DNA of 64,000 nucleotides from Tubulanus polymorphus (lineage: Eukaryota > Animalia > Nemertea). The notes under the pieces were generated by a model, which saw nothing but the letters and a program-made list of their open reading frames with translations, was not told the DNA's origin and did no database searches. This document shows positions 25,845-39,169 of the stretch, in pieces. A program made the translations under genes and the position numbers. The DNA is taken from positions 10,738,962-10,802,961 of the forward strand of contig NC_134034.1 in NCBI RefSeq assembly GCF_964204645.1, given 5' to 3'. Each line of letters begins with the position of its first letter. Within the stretch, counting starts at the first letter, position 1.

Positions 25845-26157
25845 AGACCCTCAATAATATCTTCATATTTCTGTTCAAACTAATCAGTAATTAATGGGGG
25901 TAAGACCCTGAGTAACATCTTTCATATTTCTGTTCATATTAATCAGTAATCAACAGTAAGACCCTCAGTAACATCTTTCATATTTCTGTTCAAATTAATC
26001 AGTAATCAACAGTAAGACCCTCAGTAACATATTTCATATTTCTGTTCAAATTAATCAATAATCAACAGTAAGACCCTCAGTATCATCTTTCATATTTCTG
26101 TTCAAATCAATCAGTAATCAACAGTAAGACCCTCAGTATCATCTTTCATATTTCTGT
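25845..26157. repeat. ~56-bp minisatellite
   Basis: Unit taagaccctcagtaacatctttcatatttctgttcaaattaatcagtaatcaacag. Confidence 0.9.
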
Positions 26158-26281
26158 ACCCTACTCGCACCTTGTAATACGCCATCGTAACCTACTCGCA
26201 CCTTGTAATACGCCATCGTAACCTACTCGCACCTTGTAATACGCCATCGTAACCTACTCACACCTTGTAATGCGCCATCGT
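26158..26281. repeat. 31-bp minisatellite x4, abutting the previous array
   Basis: Unit cctactcgcaccttgtaatacgccatcgtaa. Confidence 0.9.
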
Positions 26282-26669
26282 CGTCGAGCGGACATCAAAT
26301 CGTTGTAGCGGGGATAAAAAATAATGCAAAAGCGAACATCGATGGAATCAGAAGGTTTCGAAAGATGAAAAACATTATAAAAATGGACGATTCACCGCTG
26401 AAGATGAATCATTTTCGAGCGCGTCTGCTACGAGTCCGCCGCGACGCTTTCATCGCCGATATTTAGCAGAAGTTTTTTGTTTCCATCTCTTTTTTTCCCG
26501 CGATAAAAACGGTGCTTATTTCCCCTCGTCTTCCTAATTGCTCGGCGGACCTTTTCAACCCGACTCAATTCATCTTGCAGACGTGATTTACGTCTGTTGA
26601 TCTGTACGATGTTGAGGGATAAAAAAGTAGATGGAAGTTGATTGTGGAAGGACCGAAGTTCCAAAGTTT

Positions 26670-27730
26670 TCCTACTGCTGGCAACGCCATCTGGTGGCCT
26701 TTAAACAAGTAAGTCCTACTGCTAGCCACGCTACTGATGGCTTTAAATGAGTATGTATGTCCTACTACTAGCTACGCCATCTGGTGACCTTTTAACAAGT
26801 ATTTCCTAATGCTAGTCACACCATCTGGTGGCTTATGAACAAGTATGTCCTACTGCTAGTCACGCCATCTGGTGGCTTATGAACAAGTATGTCCTACTGC
26901 TAGTCACACCATCTGGTGGCTTATGAACAAGTATGTCCTACTGCTAGTCACGCCATCTGGTGGTTTATGAACAAGTTTGTCCTACTGTTATTTATGCCAT
27001 CTGGTGGCTTTCAAACAGTTATGTCCTACCGCTAGCTACGCCATCTGGTGGCTTTAAAACAAGTATGTCCTACTGCTAGTCACACCATCTGGTGGCTTAT
27101 GAACAAGTATGTCCTACTGCTAGTCACGCCATCTGGTGGTTTATGAACAAGTTTGTCCTACTGTTATTCACGCCATCTGGTGGCTTTCAAACAGTTATGT
27201 CCTACCGCTAGCTACGCCATCTGGTGGCTTTAAAACAAGTATGTCCTACTGTTAGTCACGCCATCTGGTGGTTTTAAAACAAGTATGTCCTACTGCTAGT
27301 CACGCCATCTGGTGGCTTATGAACAAGTATGTCCTACTGCTAGTCACGCCATCTGGTGGTTTATGAACAAGTTTGTCCTACTGTTAGTCACGCCATCTGG
27401 TGGCTTTCAAACAGTTATGTCCTACTGCTAGCTACGCCATCTGGTGGCTTTAAAACAGTTATGTCCTACTGCTAGCTACGCCATCTGGTGGCTTTAAAAC
27501 AAGTATGTCCTACTGTTAGTCACGCCATCTGGTGGTTTTAAAACAAGTATGTCCTACTGCTAGTCACGCCATCTGGTGGCTTTAAAACAAGTATTTCCTA
27601 CCGTTAGGCATGACATCTGATGGCTTTAAATGATTATATATGACCTACTGACACTTCATCTGGTGGTCTTTAAACAAGTATATTCATATCCTACTGCTAG
27701 CCACGCCATCTGGTGGCTTATAAACAAGTA
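26670..27730. repeat. ~24 x 44-bp minisatellite carrying CTCF-consensus motifs
   Basis: Unit aagtatgtcctactgctagtcacgccatctggtggcttatgaac; its reverse complement contains GCCACCAGATGGCG. Confidence 0.9.
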
Positions 27731-28670
27731 TAACCTAGAGTAAGCATCAAGCATGCCAATTAGTTGTAAGGGGTCCAGTAAACATACGTAATAAACCATT
27801 TTTTTCGAAAAATAAATTGACGCAATCTTCCAGTTTTAACGGTCGCAATTCGTGTAATGATCATCAGAACGTGTGTTCCACGACCGGCCGACCGACCGAG
27901 GCGGACAGACCGACCGACCGAGGCAGACAGACAGACACAGTCGTTAAACCGACGAATTTCTATGCGACGTTTACACAATCGCGATAAACACGATGCCAAC
28001 GTCGTCGCTCAAACAGACCCCGTCACGTACGACGAGACCGATGACGTTTATTAATATTTCGTCGACGCTGGTTTGTTTTTTCCTTTTTTATGACTCCCGA
28101 CGACCTCCGAGAGTGGCCAGACGTTGTCGCCTTTATCGCCTAATGAAGTCGATGACAAGTGATTTAAATGTCGCCGGGCCGGATCGGGTCGGTTTTTACA
28201 CGGTGAAGTGGTGCTGAAGTAACGCAGTGTATTAATGTTGTTATAACACTCGAAACGTTTGTTCCTTTATCTGCATGTACATAATACAAGTAAACTAGAG
28301 ACGCGATCGCGCCGAGCGATTTCGGCCCGAAACAACTTGTTCAGACGGCTGCCTAATATGCCCGACTTAAAACAGACCCGACCAAAAACCGACCGGGCCC
28401 GAGCAACAGGTCAAATTATTGCATGTGAATTTTCATACTCGTGTTCATATTTGAGAGAAATAAATTCAATTCAAAATTCGATTCAACTGGTTGCAGAAAT
28501 GACTCACTTCGCTTTGTATGAGAATCGTTTAGTATCGAGTGAGTGGTTCACGTGTGAACGCGCTCTCTAATTAGGAACAGGTCGGCTCGGGCGCGACCCG
28601 TGCCAATTTGACCCGGGGGGGGGGGGGGGGGAAATCATTAAGACCAGTCTAAACTTATTTCGGTTCTATA

Positions 28671-29544
28671 AAGCTAAACATACATCGACAAAGCGACTGG
28701 CGACAACTAGTCGCTAGCGAGCGAGAACCCGGCGAAAATCTGAGGCGAATTTATCGCGTCAAATCAAATTTGATTTAAAGCAAAATCGTTTTTATCTTGT
28801 CAAAATTAAATTTGATTTGGTCTAATTTTGAATTTAACACGGTATCAAATTCAAATCGATTTGTCAAATCATCAAATCACCCCCGGAGGTAATTTGATGA
28901 TACGATTTGAAGATGGTAGACTCACAAATCTTTCTTCGAAAAACTGATATAAATGTCAAAACTGAAAGAGAAACCTGAAACCTATTCATAGGAAATGGTT
29001 TTCTAAAAGGTGGGATGGTATTCTCTTGTCAGCCGTTTGCAACAAGGCATAAAATTCACCACATTGTGCAAATCTCATTTGATTAGATTACACGTGACTA
29101 GCAAATTATGATTAGGAAAATCAAATCTGATTTGACAAGATAAATTCGCCTCTAATGAAAACCAGCAACTGCGTGGCTCATGCCTGTCGCTATGTCCATA
29201 GCGCACACATCGACAGCAACTGAGATGTGTTGCCTAGCAAATATTCTCAGGGCATCTCGAATCATGTGACATATTACTTTGTTTTAGTCAGTTGCAACCA
29301 TGTGTTGTTGATTATGGAGCGCTCACACCGACGGATATGACAGCAACTGAGTACAACTAGTTGCTCAAAAGTAGAACATGAGCAACTGGGTGGAACTGGA
29401 GATAGATGGACGCTAACCAGTCGTAAGCTAGCTCACATTTACAAATTCGAGCAACTGATTGTATCCAGCCAGTTCCTCTCATGCTCTGAAAACTGCCTGG
29501 CAACTAATTGTCTCCAATCGCAATGTCGATGTAGGCTAGGCTTA
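28671..29544. mobile_element. TIR element (aagc...acatcgaca family) inserted into a 47-bp satellite unit, with a nested element
   Basis: Splits ttctata|accaatctaac. The right part is the reverse complement of 45925-46170. Confidence 0.7.
28742..29152. mobile_element. Nested TIR element with GAG termini (superfamily uncertain)
   Basis: gaggcgaatttatc..gtcaaatca.atttgattt ... aaatcaaatctgatttgacaagataaattcgcctc; no clean TSD seen. Confidence 0.7.
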
Positions 29545-30365
29545 ACCAATCTAACAACTTATGATCAGTCTAAGCTCATTTAGGTTCTATAACCAATCAA
29601 ACAACTTAAGACCAGTCTAAACTCATTGTGGTTCTATAACCAATCTAACAACTTAAGACCAGTCTAAACTCATTGCGGTTCTATAACCAATCTAACAACT
29701 TAAGACCAGTCTAAGCTCATTTAGGTTCTATAACCAATCAAACAACTTAAGACCAGTCTAAACTCATTGTGGTTCTATAACCAATCTAACAACTTAAGAC
29801 CAGTCTAAACTCATTTTGGTTCTATAACCAATCTAACAACTTAAGACCAGTGTAAACTCATTGTGGTTCTATAACCAATCTAACAACTTAAGACCAGTCT
29901 AAACTCATTTTGGTTCTATAACCAATCTAACAACTTAAGACCAGTCTAAACTCATTGTGGTTCTATAACCAATCTAACAACTTAAGACCAGTCTAAACCC
30001 ATTTTGGTTCTATAACCAATCTAACAACTTAAGACCAGTCTAAACTCATTGTGGTTCTATAACCAATCTAACAACTTAAGACCAGTCTAAGCTCATTTAG
30101 GTTCTATAACCAATCAAACAACTTAAGACCAGTCTAAACTCATTGTGGTTCTATAACCAATCTAACAACTTAAGACCAGTCTAAACTCATTTTGGTTCTA
30201 TAACCAATCTAACAACTTAAGACCAGTGTAAACTCATTGTGGTTCTATAACCAATCTAACAACTTAAGACCAGTCTAAACTCATTTTGGTTCTATAACCA
30301 ATCTAACAACTTAAGACCAGTCTAAACTCATTGTGGTTCTATAACCAATCTAACAACTGAAGACC
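29544..30365. repeat. 47-bp minisatellite (MITE A-derived)
   Basis: Unit agaccagtctaaactcattttggttctataaccaatctaacaactta, ~17 copies. Confidence 0.93.
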
Positions 30366-31325
30366 TCTTTCCGATTTACCTTACGACCACGCAAAACAAG
30401 TCCCGGGATCTGAAATTCGCTATCACAACGAACAGAAGTTGAGTGCATTAAAGTAGCTGAAATGAGAAGTTTACTGCTAAGGCTCGAGTTCATCATCATC
30501 TGTTACAAACACGCGATATACATGTATATAACTAATATAACATGTGTGCGTCGTATTCACAGCAGTAGCGACTGACTGATGTCGACTGACGGAGTCAACT
30601 GACTGAGAGTCGACTGACTTTCCCACTAGTGCCAGCAACACCAGTCAGTTCTTCTAAATCGAATTCGACGATTTAAGGTTTTGTCGGGCCGCCTGCGTTG
30701 TGGATCTATTGCAACTCTTCTCCAAGTAGGAACAAACACAAGGTAAAATGCAAAAACAAATTATCGAACTCGTGCGTGTAAAAAATGTTTCAAAATATTA
30801 CACGATATTTCGCTCGGCTCGGTGGTTCCGAGTTGAGATATTTTTCGACTCTCAAGTCCGACGTAGATGTCGCGAGGAAACACCGAAACAGGAGACGGAA
30901 ACATGTTTCCGAGCGTTTCACCGCGTCGTGCGCGTTTACGAGGAAACGTGGATTCGGGAATCAACGTTTGCGTGTGCTGTATTTCCCTGCGTCGTGTCCG
31001 TCGGGCTAAAGAGTCGAAAACATCGAAAATAATCAAACTCCGAACTGGGCTCAGGATTTCATAGACATTTTCCCTGTTTTTAGTGAGGTTCAAGACATTT
31101 CCTTGTTAAACGGCTATTTCGTTCAAAGGTTTGAATTTTTCTTTCGTTTCAAAGTTCATCGTGAATTGATTATCATGTCAATAAGAGAAAGGTTTTTAAG
31201 ACCACTTTAAGTTCAGCGAATTCGATTCATCCACTTAAGCAACGCCGATTCTTACATTCAGTTGAAAAATTACTTGAGTTATACATTAAGAGGATAAGCG
31301 TTCCGCTATAACCTAAATCAGCGGT

Positions 31326-31617
31326 TTAACCCTTTCAGCGCGTCTACACCGCAGTGCGGCGTATAAATCAGTGATAGATTTTGCTAGTACACCGCACTGC
31401 GGTGTATTGATTTAATTAGTAATTAATAATTATATCTCTTGAAAAATGGCAGCACCTGTCAAACATAGTGAAATATTAGTAACGATACACCGGGCCGCGG
31501 TGTAGACGCACTATAGTGCTATTCCTGTTATTCAACACACTAGGGTGGAATTTTTCAGAATTTTCAAATTATCTTCAGCACTATAGGGTATTAATTAGCC
31601 AGCACTGAAAGGGTTAA
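31326..31617. mobile_element. piggyBac-like MITE (opposite orientation)
   Basis: TTAA-ccctttcag...ctgaaaggg-TTAA. Confidence 0.87.
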
Positions 31618-31970
31618 AATCCACCCCTTTTGAGAAGAGAAACGAATTTCTCTCTTGATAACGCACAAAAAAAATGTATCGCCGTCAATTTCGGCGACGT
31701 CGAAACAACGCGTGCAAATATTTGACTTCGAAATTACGTCGGTCCGGACCATTTATTCATTAACACGTTCGAACGCCATTTCACGCCTCGCTAAGACACA
31801 ACGCAAATACCTTCACCGTCGCCCGCATCGCGGCGTAATGCTTTCTACAAACTACGCGTTAAAACGACGACCAGCGCAGCCACTTTCTGCCCATTCATAT
31901 TCGACATCCCTAATTGTAAAAGTTCGCGCGAAAAATGAGGGTAATTTGACATAGACAATGAACTAGAAAT

Positions 31971-32279
31971 TAGCCGCGATCGCACCGAGCGTTTTTGGCC
32001 CGGAACGACCGTTCATACGGGTGCCAAATGGGCCCGAGCCTGTTTGGCCCGACCAAAATCGTCGGACCTGGCCCGAGCCAAATTTTAGCACGGGTCAAAT
32101 GATTGCGTTTGAATTGCAACTGGTTCCGGAAGTGACTCATTGGCTTTGTTTAAGCATTGTTTGGTATTGAGTGAGTGTGAACGCACCCTCTAATTAGGCG
32201 CGGGCCGAATTTGTTTGGCTGGAGCCTGATCCATACCAATTTGGTCTGGGCCCCAATCGTCTCCGTGCGATCGCGGCTA
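31971..32279. mobile_element. MITE with TIR agccgcgatcgcac
   Basis: tagccgcgatcgcac...gtgcgatcgcggcta; homologous copy at ~28298-28620, partial copies at ~32893 and ~40890-40946. Confidence 0.75.
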
Positions 32280-32999
32280 TTATCCTGATTTGGGGTTATT
32301 TCAATATTTCGACGAGTAAATGAGCTCCTCGATGAAATAGTAAATCATAAAAGGTCGCTTTGAAAGATAACGAAATAGTCAAAATTATCGTTTCATATTC
32401 ATCATAGTAGTAACGAACGACCGCGACTAATTATTGCGTCGTTAAGCAGGGTGAAAAATAAGCGCCGCGTAAATCGATATATTATTGATGGCTCGGATTG
32501 GTCGCGTAATTAATGAAGTTCGTTAGCGGGTCACCGGAATCACAGCGCGGCGGGGTATCTAGATTCGTAGAGACCGAATTCATTATCGCGATGGCGATAG
32601 CGTTCTGAAAAATTCACGAGTTTTTGTAAATCGCGCGTGGATCGTTGTGGGTCGCGTCGCGTAAACAATCCATTATTCATTAAACAACAGCCGAGAATTA
32701 TTCGAGTATGATCTATTCAATGATGTTTCGATTCTCTCTCTCACTTGCGCCCTCGCCTTTTTTGGTTCTGTCGTTCGGCGAAAATCGAAAAAATTAATTT
32801 TCGAATGGTTTTGTATTTTCTCATTGTAATCCCAGGGCTCGCATTAATCGTTTCGGTACGCTTTTCGCCGATGAAATATTCAAACGATTTTAAAGCCGCG
32901 ATCACGTGGGGATGATTTCGCCTCAGTCAAATTAGCCCGCAGAGACCGGAGTCAAATTGGCCCGGATCACACATGCGCCTATTTGGTTATTTGGATTTA

Positions 33000-33360
33000 G
33001 AATCAAAACAAGCCGAGACTGGTTTTACTATGATTAGAACTTAGATGAGTTTAGACTGGTCTTAAGTTGTTAGATTAGTTATAGAACCAAAATAAGCTTA
33101 GACTGGTCTTAAATTGTTCGATTGTCTAAAGAACCAAAATGAACTTAGACTGGTCTTAAGTTGTTAGATAAGTTATAGAACCAAATTAGGCTTAGAATAG
33201 TCTTAGATTGTTCGATTATCTATAGAACCAAAGTGAAGTGTGGTCTTAAGTTGTCAGATTGGTTAGAGAAGCAAAATGAACTCAGACCGATCTCAAGTTG
33301 TTAGATTAGTTGTAGAACCAAAATGAGCTTAGACTGGTCTTAAGTAGTTAAGATTGGTTA
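33000..33360. repeat. 47-bp minisatellite, diverged, reverse orientation
   Basis: ~7 degenerate units. Confidence 0.85.
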
Positions 33361-34234
33361 ATCTATAGCTCAGCTCTACACTGAACTCCTTCAAGTAATG
33401 CGATATCGAGATACCCCCAATCAAGATACCCCAAGATTTCTACCCCTTAGTCGAACACCAGTATAAAACCAAGTCTCAGACATTTCTGAAACCAAGATTA
33501 CCTAAATGTTTTACTTGAGGGCAACTTATTCACCGCGAAAAGAGGTGCTTTCTTGGTGGAAATGGACAGACCTTAAAAACACGAAGTGCCCGGGTACCTG
33601 AATAAAAAATCATTTAAGAATGGATTATTTTCATTTTCCAAACAAAAACCACGAAAATTGTATCCAAAATTTCTGGAAAAATGTTGACCCAAAATTGACA
33701 CTGACTTTCTGAAAGGCACTTCGAAAATTTAAGGGGGTTCGTTCCCTAACCCCGAACCCCTTTCGGCACGGACCCGCCTCGTGTGCCTAGCGGTTTCAGA
33801 TTCGTGAAACCTGAACTATTTTGCGCATAAAAGTACGCCGCTTTAATATCTATAACGCGCTAATTGAGATGAGGTCACGATCGAGGTCGCGATGTCAACT
33901 GAGTTGACGGTGGTGTCGGGATACTAACTGGTTGTCGCGAGTTAGTGAACACATACAGTCAGCTGCATCAATCCCAGCTCGACGTACACGAGACCCCGGT
34001 TTATCAAACATGTTTCCGCATTTTAAACTTCGGATTAATTCGATTAATTTCAATCGATTGACTTAGTCCCAGGGGCAACAAGTGCACGCGCGCACTCAGG
34101 CACGCTGATATAGCTAATATATCTATAACATCCTGCGGGTTGAATATCATATATTATATCAAATCGATCATTTATACACGTAATACAGAACACCGGGATC
34201 AATCGCGTAGTCATCGCTTACATTTAAGATCGGT

Positions 34235-34883
34235 TTAAGACCGGTCTTAGTCCTATAGTCGATCTAACAACTTAAACCAGTCTAAGCTCATTTTAGTTCT
34301 ATAACCAATCTAACAACTTAAACCAGTCTAAGCCCAGTTTACTTCTATAGGCAATCTAACAACTTAAGACCAGTCTAAACTCATTTTCGTTCTATAGCCA
34401 ATCTAACAACTTAAGACCAGTCTAAACTCATTTTGGTTCTATAGCCAATCTAATAACTTAAGACCAGTCTAAACTCATTTTGGTTCTATAGCCAATCTAA
34501 CAACTTAAGACCAGTCTAAACTCATTTTGGTTCTATAACCGATCTAACAACTTCAGACCAGTCTAAACTCATTTTGGTTCTATAGCCGATCTAACAACTT
34601 AAGACCAGTCTAAACTCATTTTAGTTCTATAACCAATCTAACAACTTAAACCAGTCTAAGCCCAGTTTACTTCTATAGGCAATCTAACAACTTAAGACCA
34701 GTCTAAACTCATTTTGGTTCTATAGCCAATCTAATAACTTAAGACCAGTCTAAACTCATTTTGGTTCTATAACCATCTAACAACTTAAGACCAATCTAAG
34801 CATATCGTGGTTCTATAACTGATCTAAGACCAGTCTAAGCTCATTTTGGTTCTATAGCCAATCAAAAGATTTAAGACCGGTCT
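34235..34883. repeat. 47-bp minisatellite (MITE A-derived)
   Basis: ~13 units. Confidence 0.92.
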
Positions 34884-36229
34884 CTGTCTTATACCGCGAG
34901 TAGTCTGCATCTAGAAATAGCCAGGAATCCATTTTAACTGCCAGTAAACAGCGAAAGTCATTGACGTAAACACAATTATTCGAGTCATTGAATCATGGAG
35001 TTATTCAGAGTTTTCCACTCAGGGCAAAACCCGACCACTTTCACTGCGCGCTAACTGAATACTATTCAACTTTTATCAGCGCTTAATTCTCATTGTCACT
35101 TGACGTCCGAAAAAAAAACCATGCATCAAAATTTGTCGATTGATTTTTTAAAAAAAATCATTAATAGACTTACGAAAAAAGTAACGTGTTAATCAATGAG
35201 TTCTTATTAACAACAATAATGAAACCACGACTTGATTCTGTAATTTACTACCTAATTAACTCGTTTAATTAACAACTAAACGATTGACCTCGTTAGCGGC
35301 GAAGCTGCCGGGTTAATCAAACATCAACGCCGATGCTTCGTCGATTTCGAAAAGCGATTAAATGCGGCGCCGACAACGCGCGCGCAACCGGCGCCATCTG
35401 CGCACCGTGACCCGATTTCGATCGCGGCTACCATCAATCAAATCACAATCGTATAAAGAAGAATCAAAAATGACTGCGATCGAAAAGTCGATAAAATCTG
35501 CGCGATTTTCGATGTTGTTTCTAGGATCGAGGGACACAGATGTCCCTTTCATGAATTGTTACAACGCTGTCAAAAGCATTTGAACACTTTATTTTTAATG
35601 TTTTGCGCAAAAAGTGCACGAATCTTTTTGTCTGCGCACGATTTTAGGCTTTAGGCTAGATATCATAGACGATAGTCTTGAGTTTTTAGTCTCTAGTCAA
35701 GCAATCTAAGCCTTAGGTTGAAAGATTTCAGTCTTCAATCATGAACTTAAAGACTTCGGTCTTAAGATTTAAGTCTTCAGTCATTTAGTCAGTATCCTAA
35801 GATACGTTTTTCAGATTTTTGAGTTACTCATACTGAACATATCTTAGAACCGTGCATCGAATTTGACATTTGAGCGATATGCATTCTGATTGCGACTGTT
35901 TTGAAAGCCGGAAATTAAAATGTTAAATCACAAAGTGCACCTGTCAAGATGCACCTGCCTCGTGAGGCGCGATCGATCGCACAACCTTACTTAGTTATTT
36001 CAAATCGCGTGTCTAGACGGGCGACCTTGCATCCGTCTGTCGGTCTGACGAAATCACGAATCCGTTGGAAAATATCGAAATCAGTGAAAACGTCGAATAT
36101 CAATGTTTCTTGGTGAGCGAACATCGTTTCGAAATGTCGCAAAATCTTCGAAATCAACGGAACATCCGGTTGAAGCTACGATTCATCCCTCGTACCCTTT
36201 TCAACATCAAGTCGATCATTAAGCACTTC

Positions 36230-37160
36230 TAGAAAATATATCTGCCTTCATAATTCCCCTATGACATCATCATCAACTTGTCTAATAGTATAAGACACAC
36301 TAAAAAATCCATTAATCCCCCTATGACATCACTAAGTTTATCGATAGGATCTAGTAAGAGATGTCTGCCTCCATTAATCCCCTATGACATCACTAAGTTT
36401 ATCGATAGGATCTTCTAAGAGATGTCTGCCTCCATAAATGCCCCTATGACATCACTAAACTTATCGTTAGGTGCATCTAACAGATGTCTGCCTCCATAAA
36501 TCTCCCAATGACATCACTAAGCTTATCGTTAGGTGCTTCTAAGAGATGTCTGCCTCCATAAATCTCCCAATGACATCACTAAGCTTATCGATAGGTGCTT
36601 CTAAGAGATGTCTGCCTCCATAAATCCCCTAATGACATCACTAAGTTTATCAGTATAGGTGCTTCTAACAGATGTCTGCCTCTATAAATCCCCCTTTGAC
36701 ATTACTAAGCTTATCGATAAGTGTTTATGTAGAAAAGATGTCTGCCTCCAGAAATTCCCCAATGACATCACTAAGCTTATCGATAGGTGCTTCTAACAGA
36801 TGTTTGCCTCTATAAATCCCCTAATGACATCACTAAGCTTATCGATAGGTGCTTCTAAGAGATGTCTGCCTCCATAAATCCCCTAATGACATCACTAAGT
36901 TTATCGGTATAGGTGCTTCTAACAGATGTCTGCCTCTATAAATCCCCCTTTGACATTACTAAGCTTATCGATAAGGGTTTATGTAGAAAAGATGTCTGCC
37001 TCCAGAAATCCCCCCATGACATCACTAAGCTTATCGATAGGTGCTTCTATGTAGAAAAGATGTCTGCCTCCAGAAATCCCCCCCATGACATCACTAAGTT
37101 TATCGATAGGTGCTTCTAAGAGATGTCTGCCTCCATAAATCCCCTAATGACATCACCAAG
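36230..37160. repeat. ~61-bp minisatellite, ccccctatgacatca family
   Basis: Unit agatgtctgcctccataaatccccctatgacatcactaagcttatcgataggtgcttctaag, ~15 copies. Confidence 0.92.
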
Positions 37161-37834
37161 GCTAAAAAAACCACTTTATTTATGCCTATAGTTACTCTTA
37201 TTTTCTTTTAGCCCCAGATTTCTGTCGAACATCTCGCGACAGGTGAACGTATAAAAAGAATAAGTGTTTCTTCGATCATTGCATCCGTCGTACGACGACC
37301 GTTTCAGTCAACGGCCTGAAACATCGTCTCCGTTTTAATAAACTCGCGATAACATAATTCGCCGTGAAATTCTTACGGCCCCGGAAAAAATATAGACGGG
37401 GATTTTACGTCGGTTTTCACCTTTAACGAGTTTAAAAGACTAAACGACATTCTATCTCTCTCTCTGCTGGTTCAATCTCGTAAATTGGATTTTTCTCCCG
37501 TGCCGATCTAAGTTGTCGAAAATGAGATTTGTCGACGGCGAAAGTTTTACGACGAGCGAACGATTTCACGCGGTACCGACCTCGCATAAACGGCGGCTAA
37601 CCGTAGTCGGGGCGCAACCCGAACCGGCGGTACGGTGTCGACGAAATTAGATTTACAAGAACACCTGCACCGACCACCAGCCCCGGTTAACGTCATGAAA
37701 GCCTTTCAAAAATCTATAAACGTCACCCGAGACATCGACGAAGCGTCTAATAATCGGTAAGCACTTCCGCAATCACCTAATGACATCGTTGAGTTGACCT
37801 ACGCGCGGGAGCATGATGAGAAAAGATTTCCTTA

Positions 37835-38348
37835 AAAAAATGGCTACTTCCATATAAGTCCCCCTATGATATCGAAATGGACTATAACGGCTTCCGGAAA
37901 ATATGCAGACCGCACTTCAGTAATCTCCCTATGACATCATCAAAGTGATTTATAACGGAAATATGCGAACTTCCATGTATCCCCCTATGACATCATTAAG
38001 TGATTTATAACGGAAAATATGCCCACTTCTATGTATCCCCCTATGACATTATCAAAGTGATTCATACCGGAAAATATATCCACTTCCACGTATCCCCCTA
38101 TGACATCATCAAAGTGATTCATACTGGAAAATATATCCACTTCCATGTATCCCCCTATGACATCATCAAAGTGATTCACACCGGAAAAATATATCCACTT
38201 CCACGTATCCCCCTATGACATCATCAAAGTGATTCATACCGGAAAATATATCCACTTCTATGTATCCCCCTATGACATCATCGAAATGATCTAGACACTT
38301 TCAGAAAAGATGGCAGCGTTCATAAATCCCCCTATGACATCATCGAAC
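37835..38348. repeat. ~58-bp minisatellite, ccccctatgacatca family
   Basis: Unit ccccctatgacatcatcaaagtgattcataccggaaaatatatccacttccatgtat. Confidence 0.9.
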
Positions 38349-38759
38349 TACTGCAGACGATCGGCTCGCCGCGAGACGTTTAATTAATTGCCGTTCGAGA
38401 CGATTAATTAGTTTTTGACATTTCGATTAAATTACTCGGCGGTCGTCGTAACGCCGGTTTTTAAATGGATCGGGGTTTTCTTTTCCTATCGCGGACGGGT
38501 AGGTGGGTGAGCGCGCCGATTGGCGTTGACGTTTCGCAAAGCGAACGTTAAACGAACGTTAAACGAACGCCTACCGCTCCGTCGTCAAACGCGACAACAG
38601 AATCGACGACGAGTTTTGATCGATGGCTTCGCGCGAGACTTTTTTTCTCTCTCCCTCGAAAACCACTCACGACGTTAGAAGTATTTGATCCGAATAATAC
38701 GAAAACGTCGCGCCGACTTTCATTACGTGTTCATTCGGCGAAAATCGACGCGAAGTTAA

Positions 38760-39110
38760 GACGAAAACCCACTATGTACAAATTTAAAGATTTTTTTTTT
38801 ATCGAGAATTAATTTAGTCGAAAAATCTAAAATCTAAAATACACGACGTTTCGATCTCACCCTAGAGATCATCGTCAGGTATGATCTCTCGGGTTGGATC
38901 TTTAGATTTTTTGAATGAATAATTCATCGATTTTAAAATTCTTTTAATTTGTGCACAGCGGGTTTTTATCTTATCATCCGTTCACTGCACTTGATTGTGG
39001 TTATCGTACTATTGAAGTCGCCTCGATTTTGGATAAATGAGTTCCGGCCAAAGTTACGCTCAAATTCGAAGACCGATGATCTCTAGTGAGAGTTCGAAAT
39101 GTCGCGTATT
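38760..39110. mobile_element. Penelope-like pLTR fragment with inverted arms, family 1
   Basis: Inverted arms flank the hammerhead; a further decayed hammerhead lies on + at ~39070-39110 (cgatgatctctagtgagagttcgaaatgtcgcg). Confidence 0.6.
38841..38882 (-). ncRNA. Minimal type I hammerhead ribozyme, second copy
   Basis: Core and stem II identical to 15181-15220; stem I auac/gugu. Confidence 0.8.
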
Positions 39111-39169
39111 ATGATTTTTAATCTTGTTAAATCGACTGGATTTGATTCGATTTTAATCTTTTAAATCTC

